A DNA stretch of 63,168 nt, the filler included, from Octopus bimaculoides (Eukaryota): NCBI RefSeq assembly GCF_001194135.2. It is 6 parts of 6 records of this genome, joined end to end, with 100 filler letters (N's around TTAATTAATTAA, not from the genome) between each part and the next. Parts side by side here need not be neighbours in the genome. Positions count along the whole stretch, not along the records: positions 25,541 to 42,242 come from NW_026433130.1; 5 more parts are not named here. One strand, 5' to 3'. The position numbers were made by a program, and so were the translations under genes. How positions within the stretch are numbered: position 1 is the first letter of the stretch; each line of letters starts with the position of its first letter. The notes beneath the pieces are model-generated. The model worked only from the letters and a program-made list of their open reading frames with translations, searched no databases and was not told the DNA's origin. Below are positions 28,925 to 38,806 of the stretch, one piece after another.

Positions 28925-30290
28925 TATCATCATCATCACCATGTAATGTCCGTTGTCCATGCTGGCATGGGTTGGACAGTTTGACTGGGTTGGCACGCTG
29001 CAAGGCTGCACCAGATTCTAGTCTGATTTGGCATGGTTACTTAAAGCTGGATGCTCTTCCTCACATCAACTACTCCGAGAGTGTAGTGGGTGCTTTTATG
29101 TGCCATTTGTGTGATAATGGCAATGCGTTTACATGTCACCGGCATGGGTGCCAATTTGCGACACCGGTATCTGCCATGACTGATTTTGCTTGACTTGGTG
29201 GGTTTTCTTCTCAAGCACGACATAATACCAAAGGTCTTGATTATTGCCTCAGCGAAGCCCAACACTCCAAAGGAACTCAGCCACTTCACCTCCAAGAGAC
29301 CAACACTTGAAAGGAACTCAGTCATCTAGCCTCCATGAGGTCTAGCGCTCGAAAGGAACTCAGCTGTTTTGCCTCCATGAGGCCTATCACTCAAAAGGAA
29401 GTCAACCATTTTGCTTCCATGAAGCCCAATGTTCAAAACGGACTCAGCCACTTTGTTTCTGTGAGGCCCAACGTTCAGATGTTGATTCTTTACATGCCAC
29501 CAGCATGTGTGAACTTGGCTGGACAGTTCCTCTCATCACCAAAGGTCTTGGTCGCTAGTGATTGCCTCTCTGAGGTTCAAATTTCAAAGATCATGCTTCA
29601 CCACCTCATTACATGTCTTCCAAGGTCTACTCCTACCACGGGTTCCCACCACAGTTAGAGATTGGCACCTCTTTACACAGCTGTCCTCATCCATACCCAT
29701 CGCCTGACCATACCAGTGCAGTTGTTTCTCTAGCACACCACATCTGATTCCTCCTATGCCTAACATTTCTCTCAAGATGCTTACACTCTATTGAACATAC
29801 ACACTGACATTGCACATCCAGTGGAGCATGATTGCTTCATTTCTCTTAATCCTATGCATGTCCCCATCTGTTATAGCCCATGTTTCACTGCCATGCAGCA
29901 TAGCTGTTCACACACAGACATCAAACAATCTGCCTTCCAGGGGTAGGAGCTCTTTGAACTTTGCCCAGCCTAATCTTATTCTCACAGCTACGCTCCCAGG
30001 ACATCCAACTCCACTACTAACCTGGTCGCCTAGATACCACAAACTATCAACTACCTCTAGTTTGCACCCCTAGCAGTTGATGAAGTCTATTTTCTGCACA
30101 TTTTCAACATTTATTATACCTATGCACCTACTACATACAAAAGTTAGTGTCCCTGTTAACCTTCCTTTGATGTTGCTGCACTTTTTGTGCTTCCAAAGCT
30201 TACACTGGGTGCATCTTATAGAGTTTCTACCTACACCTTTTCTATCCACTGAGTAAGGCCACTTTGATTTTTGGTTATGCCCAATCTGTT
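28925..30290 (-). mobile_element. RTE-clade LINE 3' portion with a repeat-containing 3' UTR and (ATG)n tail
   Basis: KLEVVDSLWYLGDQVSSG...RIRLGWAKFKELLP...MLHGSETWA...LREMLGIGGIRCG...LHWYGQAMGMDEDSCVKRC...GTRGRSRPWKTCNEVVKHDL. The 3' UTR carries ~42-bp tandem repeats (29240-29482) and the tail reads catcatcatc on the + strand at ~28925. Confidence 0.85.
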
Positions 30291-30309
30291 ATTGCAATAG
30301 GGTCTGAAA

Positions 30310-30850
30310 TCAACGCCTTAAGCAACAGAACAACAATTTTATAACACAATCAGCTATTTCGACGCCACCAAAACTACCCATTGAGACATGAAAAAGCTCA
30401 TCATGCTTCTTCACTGAAAAGGAGTTATCATCCATTAACAGTAACTTTATTGCATGAAGAATGACATTTATGTCAAGTTCCAAAATGGCCACTTATTTTT
30501 GGACTAGTTAAGGCACTTTGAGCAGCAGATTTCAGGACTTGGAGGGCAAAATTTTACAATGTCTGACTTATGACTATGGTTTTTCTCAACGTTATTTGAC
30601 CACCGAATGGCAGTTCCATTGTTTAAAGAGAGTGGACATCCAGATTTTGGCGTTGAGATTATCGAGTATACTTTTGCAGATTAACTCTTCATAAGATTGA
30701 TAAATTTGCATCAATGTATGTTTATATGTTGGTGTGTATAACTGTATATGGATGTGTTTTCTTATGGCTGGATATTGAAAGACTTCACAAGAATATCTTA
30801 GCTTACAAGGCACAAAATTCACTACAAGTATGAGAATGTCGTTTGATTTC
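30310..30850 (-). mobile_element. Penelope-like RT fragment (N-terminal half)
   Basis: C(K)FINLMKS...CKSILDNLNAKI...DIVKFCP...DINVILHAIKLLLMDDNSFSVKKHDELFHVSMGSFGGVEIADCV corresponds to degenerate PLE RT motifs. It ends about 100 bp before the GPCR acceptor. Confidence 0.7.
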
Positions 30851-30949
30851 TTGAATTATTTCTATTTAAACTTCTTGTGACTCTTCAATTTATTGACTAA
30901 ACATTTGGTAACTTTCTTTGATTTTAATTATCTTCCTATTTCTTTGCAG

Positions 30950-31338
30950 CTGTTGGTTATCCGGATTGTCTTTTTATGCTACTTTTCTGTGTCCCATGGG
31001 GATCATTCTCATCTACAACTTTATCCTCTTTTCTCTTATTATTTGGCGCCTTATCACAATGCAAAATAACAAGAAATTTGAACACAAATCAAGAAAAATA
31101 CGTGTCTTTGGCATCGTTGGTTTGTTTTTCTTGTTTGGTTTATCATGGGGTTTACCAATCTTCGCTATTGATGAAGTAGCCGAAGTATTTACATATCTTT
31201 TTACTGTCTTAATTACCTTTCAAGGAATGTTTATCTTTATATTCTACTGTATCTACAAAAAAGATACCAGACAAATTATCTGCCTGCATGTATGCAATCG
31301 AAAGAAAGGGGTTCCCAGGAAAGTTATGAAGGACAAAA
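30950..31338 (+). CDS. Internal coding exon of an adhesion-type GPCR (family B2 / 7tm_2): ECL2, TM5, TM6, TM7 and helix 8
   Basis: Acceptor tcttcctatttctttgcAG ends at 30949 and donor GTAAGT starts at 31339. Open frame (phase 2 in, phase 1 out) reads CWLSGLSFYATFLCPMGIILIYNFILFSLIIWRL...VFGIVGLFFLFGLSWGLPIFAIDEVAEVFTYLFTVLITFQGMFIFIFYCIYKKDTR. The CW in ECL2, P-x6-N-x2-F in TM5, LFGLSWG in TM6 and YLF-x5-QGxFIFIFYC in TM7 are recognisable adhesion GPCR motifs. Confidence 0.88.
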
Positions 31339-31915
31339 GTAAGTGCAAGATGGTCTTTCTTATATTTACCACCAACAAAATCGGTGCCAATATTGTCATG
31401 ATAACCACAACACATCACCACCATTTAAAGAGTAGACGTCATCATCAATATCAAATCCACTGTTGTCATCATTGCTGTTGTCATCACTGCCACCACCACT
31501 ACTACTACCAACATCATCATCATCGTGTGTGTGTGAGTGTGTATAAAGTTTAGCACAGAAAGAAATTGTTCTTTCTAGGGATGTCTAACATCCAAGCATC
31601 TACCGTTTATCTCTATGTTGACTAATTTGTAGATGTTTTAATCTATTCGATGTATGAGAACAGAATTTTAGTAATATAATGTAAGGAAAATGGAGAGTTT
31701 GAACACAGCAAAATCAATTTATTTACATAATTGTCAATTTCATAATGTCTACGCTCGTTTCAATATCCACCTTCATTCATATTTTGTAATTAAAATTGCA
31801 TTATGAATTCAGAAGGTAAAAATCTTTTCAGGGCAAAAGTTGACATATTGATTTAGATTCTAATACTTGTAAGTCTGTTGTAAACACTACATCTATTAGG
31901 ATGTAAATCAATATG

Positions 31916-32690
31916 TCAATAACACCACATGTCTAAGCTGCTTTTCCAGATGAGCCATCTTTCCATATCACAAAGACTGCACTTTCCCCTGCCAGTGGTG
32001 TAGGGCTTATACTTGGCTAAGATCTTCCAATGGATGTTGTAACTGACACCTTTATCTTTTAAGGACCATATATGAGTGGATATTTTGGTCGTTTTCCTTT
32101 TATCCCAGTGCCTGAAGTTTAAAGTGTGATTATTGAACCTGGCCTTGAAATTACCCTCTGTTAGGCCCATGTATTTCTTCGTCAAAACCGTATCCTTAGT
32201 GGATATAGAGTCCACGGTGGCTTCATAAATGATGGTCTCGGACATGAAAGCTCCATTTAGTGGGCACAAATTTTTATCCCTGCATGAACAGCTGGTTTCA
32301 TTTTGTGGTTTTTGTGTGTTGTGTGCGATTATATTTTTAAAATTAGTAGTTGAGCTGAAACTGATTTTTAAGTTAAGTCTATTGAAGAGCTTTCTATAAC
32401 TATGGTTGACTGGAAAATGTCTATCTATCAGTGCTAAGAAATACTTGCCTATATTAAAGGTCACCTCGGGTGAGTATGAACCAGATATTTTTCCTAATCC
32501 TATGTTTTCTTTTCTTTATTATTGGACTGGTGGTAGGTGTATAGGTTATTTCCTCGTTAAAACCACTATCTTTTAGAGCCTTATATACTGGGGCAATGCT
32601 ATTAAAAATGTCCCTATCGGAGGAGAGGTAAGAAATTCTTTTGGTAATGTTTTTAACTAAATTTTCAAACCCTATATATTCTTTTGCATG
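31916..32690 (-). mobile_element. Penelope-like element, thumb and GIY-YIG endonuclease
   Basis: ORF 31916-32464 includes NIGKYFLALIDRHFP...CSCRDKNLCPLNG...IIYEATV...YMGLTEGNFKARFNNH...WKILAK...KCSLCDMER. Upstream lies LVKNITKRISYLSS...ALKDSGF. The element is interrupted by the SINE at 32701. Confidence 0.9.
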
Positions 32691-32700
32691 CTTTAGTTAT

Positions 32701-33038
32701 TTTACTGAAGCCATGCTGGAGCATCACTTTAAAGGGTTTTAGTTTAAGAAATAGACCCCAGGGCTTATTCTTTGTAAGCCTAGTACTTATCCTATTAGTC
32801 TCTTTTGCTGAACCATTAAGTTAGAGGGACATAAACACACCAACATCGGTTGTCAAATGATGGTGGGGGACAAAGACATACACACAGGCTTCTTTCAGTT
32901 CCCATCTTCCAAATTCACTCACAAAGCTTTGGTTGTCCCGAGGCTATAGAAGAAGACACTTGTTGAAAGTTCTACATAGTGGGACTGAACCTGGAACCAT
33001 GTGGTTGGGAAGCAAGTGTCTTACTCCACAGCCATCCC
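32701..33038 (-). mobile_element. tRNA-derived SINE (family A), near full length, with almost no internal microsatellite
   Basis: Reverse complement aligns by eye along its whole length to 52826-53328 (head ggctgtggagtaag, gaaactgaaagaagcc core, gtgctccagcatggc tail). Confidence 0.82.
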
Positions 33039-33040
33039 TC

Positions 33041-33095
<55 letters not shown>

Positions 33096-33099
<4 letters not shown>

Positions 33100-33205
33100 T
33101 CATCATCATCATCATCATCATTTAATATCTTCTCTCCATGCTGGCATGGACTAGACGGTTTGACTGGAGTTAGTGGACATGGTTTCTACAGTTGGATGCC
33201 TTTCC
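33096..33205 (-). mobile_element. Short 3' terminal fragment of the same RTE family with (ATG)n tail
   Basis: (cat)n followed by tccatgctggcatgg...gtttgactgg...catggtttctacagttggatgc, matching the 3' ends at 28940-29060 and 38020-38100. Confidence 0.65.
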
Positions 33206-33214
33206 TATATATGT

Positions 33215-33523
33215 GTGGCTGTGTGGGGTAAGAAATTTGTTTCTAAGCCAACTGGTTCTGGATTCAGGCCCACTACATGTCAGCTTGAGCAAGCATTTTT
33301 GACTAGAGCTTCAGCTTGACCAAAGCCTTGTAAGTGGATCTGGTAGGCAGAACCTGAAAAAAAGCCCATGTGTGCATGTCGTTGGGTCTGCATTTGTCCT
33401 CACCACCACTTGACAACCAGTTTTGTTGTGTTTACGTCACTTAACCTAGCAGTTCAGCAAAAGAGAGTGTAAGTACTGGTGGCGATTCATCGACTAAAAT
33501 TCCTCAAGGTGGTGCCCCAGCAT
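33215..33523 (+). mobile_element. tRNA-derived SINE (family A), diverged copy
   Basis: gtggctgtgtggggtaag head, gaccaaagccttgtaagtggatctggtag core, ctagcagttcagcaaaagag and gtggtgccccagcat tail. Confidence 0.75.
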
Positions 33524-33546
33524 ATCTATATATATANNNNNNNNNN

Positions 33547-33987
33547 CTGCTTCTCAACATAATCACCGTTTCTCTCAATAGCAATGTTCCACCTTTGAAT
33601 GAGAACATGTATCCCTGCTCTGTAAAATTCTGTTGACTGTTCTTTGAGCCACTTCTTCACTACAGTTTTCACTAACTTGTCACTGGAATAATGTTTGCCT
33701 TTCAAACCCTCTTTCATGGGACTGAAGAGATGATAGTCCAGTGAGGAGGAAGTGAAAACTGTAGTGAAGAAGTGGCTCTAAGAACAGTCAACAGAATTTT
33801 ACGGGCAGGGATACATGCTCTCATTTGAAGGTGGAATATTGCTATTGAGAGAAATGGTGACTATGTTGAAAAGTAGGGATGTGATCCACAGAGGACCAGC
33901 TTCATTTTGATGTATAATACATGTTCCTGTATTGGTAATTATACCTGTCCTAAACAAAATGGCATTAATTTTTGACTCACACTTGTA
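33547..33987. mobile_element. Mariner transposase 3' end duplicated as a foldback (inverted) structure, with right TIR
   Basis: The minus strand of 33547-33745 encodes DYHLFSPMKEGLKGKHYSSDKLVKTVVKKWLKEQSTEFYRAGIHVLIQRWNIAIERNGDYVEK (mariner C-terminus). The same DNA recurs on + at 33751-33876 and runs into the TIR-like end ttttgactcacacttgTA at 33987. Confidence 0.85.
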
Positions 33988-33999
33988 GATGAACTCATC

Positions 34000-34280
34000 A
34001 AGTGATAAATCTAATGAGCAATATCATTATTCCATCCGTTATCCATTTGTTCTATGGAATATAAGATAAAAACAAATTTACCCAATTTGACATTTTAGAA
34101 TTCTACGCATTAGTTGGAAAACATCTCTCCTTATAAAGGCACTATACTTTGGAGGTAAGATTTACTATCATTATCAACAAAGAGAAATAAGTATAATATT
34201 ACATGGAAGAAAGCAACTTCTTTTCAATGGAAACTATCTCTGGGTAAAGAAATATAACAGAAAGCTGTTTGAGATCAGTA
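34000..34280 (+). mobile_element. Penelope-like RT fragment
   Basis: Frameshifted KFTQFDILEFY...LLIKALYF...IILHGRKQLLFNGNYLWVKKYNRKLFEI, homologous to the RT segments at 28400-28500 and 30350-30480. Confidence 0.65.
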
Positions 34281-34499
34281 AGAATATTTAATGACGTAAC
34301 CAGGTAATGCAAACAGTCTGTAGTTTACATCTTGGAAACACTACATAAAGAATTCAACAATTTCAAGAGGATTGTATTGAGATGACAGCCAGAATTCTCC
34401 AAAACATAGACATGCATGAGTGAGATGACTTTAGAAAAGACTAAGCGAATACTTTTAAGGAAATCAACCCCACAATTACCATCCAAACCAACCTATCAA

Positions 34500-35521
34500 A
34501 ATATCCCACACCCTAGCGGTTGTGGGAACCTGTGGAAGAGGTAGACCCACGAAGACCTGGGGTGAGGTGGTGAAGCACGACCTTCGAACATTAGGCCTCA
34601 CCGAGGCAATGACTTGTGACTGAGACCTTTGGAAATATGCAGTGCGTGAGAAGACCCGGCAAGCCAAGTGAGACCATAATCCGTGGCCTCTGCTAGGGGT
34701 GTAGCCAGCCCACTTATGTGTACCTTTCCTTCATTGGGCACTAAACTCTGCTTGAGAAGACCTGTTGGGGCAGGTGAAATCGAAATTATAATTGAACCAA
34801 ATTCGATGACTGGCACCTGTGCCAGTGGAGCACTAACAGCATCGTCCGAGCATNNNNNNNNNNNNNNNNNNNNNNNNNNNNNNNNNNNNNNNNNNNNNNN
34901 NNNNNNNNNNNNNNNNNNNNNNNNNNNNNNNNNNNNNNNNNNNNNNNNNNNNNNNNNNNNNNNNNNNNNNNNNNNNNNNNNNNNNNNNNNNNNNNNNNNN
35001 NNNNNNNNNNNNNNNNNNNNNNNNNNNNNNNNNNNNNNNNNNNNNNNNNNNNNNNNNNNNNNNNNNNNNNNNNNNNNNNNNNNNNNNNNNNNNNNNNNNN
35101 NNNNNNNNNNNNNNNNNNNNNNNNNNNNNNNNNNNNNNNNNNNNNNNNNNNNNNNNNNNNNNNNNNNNNNNNNNNNNNNNNNNNNNNNNNNNNNNNNNNN
35201 NNNNNNNNNNNNNNNNNNNNNNNNNNNNNNNNNNNNNNNNNNNNNNNNNNNNNNNNNNNNNNNNNNNNNNNNNNNNNNNNNNNNNNNNNNNNNNNNNNNN
35301 NNNNNNNNNNNNNNNNNNNNNNNNNNNNNNNNNNNNNNNNNNNNNNNNNNNNNNNNNNNNNNNNNNNNNNNNNNNNNNNNNNNNNNNNNNNNNNNNNNNN
35401 NNNNNNNNNNNNNNNNNNNNNNNNNNNNNNNNNNNNNNNNNNNNNNNNNNNNNNNNNNNNNNCTAGTCCTCAGTCAAATCGTCCAACCCATGCTAGTATG
35501 GAAAGCGGACGTTAAACGATA

Positions 35522-35585
<64 letters not shown>
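34500..35585 (+). mobile_element. RTE-clade LINE 3' end (interrupted by a gap) with (GAT)n tail
   Basis: VVGTCGRGRPTKTWGEVVKHDLRTLGLTEAMTCD*DLWKYAVREKTRQAK*. After the gap comes tccaacccatgctagtatggaaagcggacgttaaac followed by (gat)n at 35519-35585. Confidence 0.8.
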
Positions 35586-35586
<1 letters not shown>

Positions 35587-35941
35587 ACTATGAAACTATA
35601 TTTTTGATAAAATAGCACAATCCTTGTAGACAATCTAAATAAAGGAACACTATACATAAATACTAGATCATATTGTTTAAATCACCATTCAGGCTCGGTG
35701 TAGTATCAAGTATGGCGATATATTCATTTGTGCTAATCACTAAACATTTTTTTCTAATTGACACCATAAGCTTCTTCAGTAATGTAAGCCTTTTGACGAG
35801 AACAATATAAAGGTTAGTTAAAAGCTGATTATGAAATCAAAAGCCATCTTATGACAATTAATAACAATTGGGGCTATATGAGGTCCATGGTTTTTTAAAA
35901 TTAAAATTTGATATTTTATTTAGTTTTCTCATTATTTTCAG

Positions 35942-35994
35942 GTTCAAGTACTGGTAATACTGGATATGACACAAGAGAAATGGACTGGGAATAA
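35942..35994 (+). CDS. Probable terminal coding exon of the same adhesion GPCR: (S)SSTGNTGYDTREMDWE*
   Basis: Strong acceptor ttttatttagttttctcattattttcAG ends at 35941. The phase-1 start matches the phase-1 donor at 31339 (A|GT = Ser) and gives a short Ser/Thr-rich C-tail ending in TAA at 35992-35994. The pairing is inferred from phase and splice-site strength only. Confidence 0.65.
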
Positions 35995-36220
35995 CACAGG
36001 AGAAATGAACGCAAGAATCTCGTCATGGTTTTTATCATAAAACTAAATTTTCTTCTTATATTGATTATCAAACTATAAAGGATATATACATAAAAAATCA
36101 AGTTTCAATAATAGAACTTTTTCAAGGCATTTAACTGAACAATTAAAGTTTTAATTTGTGAATTAAATTACATCATACAACCTCATGTGAAGTCTTCACC
36201 TTCATATTGGGTAACAAGAT

Positions 36221-36388
36221 ATTAGTGTCAGTTTCTATGATATTGCAGTCAGTTTGTACGATGTCTTGGTCGGTTTCTACAACGACTGCGTCGGTTTGTA
36301 TAATGTTTCGGTTGGCTTCTATGATGTGTGGGTCAGTTTGTATGCTGTTTCTGCCTGTTCTGATAATGTCCAATTCGGTTTTAGTCAA
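36221..36388. repeat. Minisatellite, 8 x 21 bp, diverged
   Basis: Exact 21-bp period with no indels; units start at 36221, 36242, 36263, 36284, 36305, 36326, 36347 and 36368. Confidence 0.85.
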
Positions 36389-36849
36389 TCATAAGCCACT
36401 GACACATTCATGCCAGTGAGATAGCATTCTATGCAAAAGCATGTTTGACAATGCTATGTTTTACTTGTACCCTAGTCGAGAGATGTATTTAAAAAAACAG
36501 CCAAATAGGCCTTAAATGAATCCCCCACCCCAATCTCTCTTTTTTCTTTGGATTTTGCATAATCGAATGAATTCCTAAGTGTAAAATACAAATTCGCAAA
36601 AATTTTCTGAAAATTCAGAAAAATAAAAAAATTATGAGGGATTATATATCATGTGTAAAGTAGAAGTTGATTTATTTACAATTTCATATTAAAACACATT
36701 ACCTGCTCCGTCATCCAGTAAAGTATTGTTTATTGCATTAGCTGCATATTGAACGCTTAGAACTACAAAATACATGTTCATTCGATTTTGTCATTGAATT
36801 GATTGTGAGGTGTGCTAAAAATAACAGCTAAATAAGCCTTATGTCACAC

Positions 36850-37030
36850 ACCCCAACATTTGAAGAAGCTCTCTGCCGGCGCTACTGGTTTTTCTTCGGT
36901 GGCAAATTCCTGTTTTTCTTCTGCTCACTCCATCCCCTTTTGCTGTATCTATCTCCAGTGTGGTTGGTCATTTTCAACCACCTTCCATCTCAGAACGTCC
37001 AGATCAAATAGTGTATAAGTGTTCCGCAAG
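36850..37030 (-). mobile_element. Possible RTE/BovB-like LINE extreme 3' remnant
   Basis: Weak translation DLDVLRWKVVENDQPHWR*IQQKGME*AEEKQEF resembles RTE C-termini (W...DR..WR...G...AEEKR). Confidence 0.3.
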
Positions 37031-37299
37031 TGAAAAAAGGTTGTGGAGTAGTGCAATAGATAAACCAAAGAAGTTAATTTACATTAGACAGCATCTTTTT
37101 TATCCGGAACAATAGCTTCATTACACTGTAGTCAATCAATCTTGTTTTCTTCTTTTAACAGTATTATCTCTCTTCAATCTACGACATTGTCGAACAACAA
37201 TAAATAACATTGACATCACTATCAACTTCGTTTGGTGACAGTAGTTTTAGTATACTCCTATTTAGATCACATACAGTAAATGAAATTTTGAAGTCTTCT

Positions 37300-37715
37300 T
37301 GTGATATGCCCATGTTTCTTGACTGACAACTGAATGGGTCCACCAATTGTTTGTGAACCTTACAACATGACCAGCCCATCATAGCTTTGTGTGGTGGTAT
37401 TCTACAACAACATATTTCACTCCAGTCCTATTCCTGATTTCCTCATTTTGGATGTGATCTCTTAGTGAGATTCTCAATGTTGAGCTATCCATGGCTCTCT
37501 GTGCCATAAGCAGATGTTGTTCTTCTCTATTCATCAAGGCCACGTCTCACATGCATATAACATTGCAGGCAAGACTATACTGTTGGAGAGATTGGCATGA
37601 GTTGCCTTGTCTAGGTTTGCCTTCAGCACATCCTTCACTGAGGTGAATGGTCTCCATCCTGCTCTTATCCTTCATGAGATCTCTTTCTCCATCTTTCGCT
37701 TCATAGACACAGTCA
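37300..37715 (-). mobile_element. RTE-1-like LINE RT C-terminal remnant
   Basis: KEIS*RIRAGWRPFTSVKDVLKANLDKATHANLSNSIVLPAMLYACETW; the YACETW motif is typical of the RTE clade. Frameshifted downstream. Confidence 0.7.
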
Positions 37716-37999
37716 CTTCTTGACTGAGACAGACACACATACACATATTTTAAGCATACATACACCTTCATATTTATACGGATACACATATAGGTGAGCA
37801 GATTAGCATATACATATGTATATGCATGGATTAAATTCTTTTTAAACTTTTAACACCTTTTCTTCTCCATCTTTGTTGCGCTTCTATAGGATATGTATAC
37901 TATAAATGCTTATAACATACCTTATACTTGTAGCATTTTCATATATGTGTATATATTCATGTGTATACATACATACTCACATCTCTACATATATACATC

Positions 38000-38412
38000 A
38001 TCATAAGCATAATCATTTAACGCCCGTTGTCCATGCTGGCATGCTGGAAGGCTGCACCAGGCACCAGTCTGATTTGGCATGGTTTTCTATGTCTGGACGA
38101 CCTTCCTAACGCCAACCACTCCGAAAGTGTAATGGGTGCTTTTACGTGCCACTGGCGTGAGTGCCATTTGTGTCACACTGGTATCTGCCACAACTGCAAT
38201 TTTGCTCGGCTTGATGGATCTTCTTCTCAAGCATGACAGAAGTCTTGGTCATTGCCAGAAGTCTTGGTCATTGCCAGAAGTCTTGGTCATTGCTTCTGCG
38301 AAGCCCAACACTTGAAAGGAACTTGATCACTTTGCCTCCATAATGCCAAACACTCAAAAGGAACTCAGCCACTTTGCCTCTGTCAGGCCCAATACTTGAA
38401 AAGAACTCAGCC
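38000..38412 (-). mobile_element. 3' UTR of the same RTE family as 28925-30290
   Basis: Shares gttgtccatgctggcatg, gtctgatttggcatgg, ggtatctgcca, ttcttctcaagca and the aaaggaactcagcc repeat unit. It also contains an 18-bp unit cagaagtcttggtcattg x3 at ~38237-38292. Confidence 0.75.
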
Positions 38413-38806
38413 NNNNNNNNNNNNNNNNNNNNNNNNNNNNNNNNNNNNNNNNNNNNNNNNNNNNNNNNNNNNNNNNNNNNNNNNNNNNNNNNNNNNNNNN
38501 NNNNNNNNNNNNNNNNNNNNNNNNNNNNNNNNNNNNNNNNNNNNNNNNNNNNNNNNNNNNNNNNNNNNNNNNNNNNNNNNNNNNNNNNNNNNNNNNNNNN
38601 NNNNNNNNNNNNNNNNNNNNNNNNNNNNNNNNNNNNNNNNNNNNNNNNNNNNNNNNNNNNNNNNNNNNNNNNNNNNNNNNNNNNNNNNNNNNNNNNNNNN
38701 NNNNNNNNNNNNNNNNNNNNNNNNNNNNNNNNNNNNNNNNNNNNNNNNNNNNNNNNNNNNNNNNNNNNNNNNNNNNNNNNNNNNNNNNNNNNNNNNNNNN
38801 NNNNNN

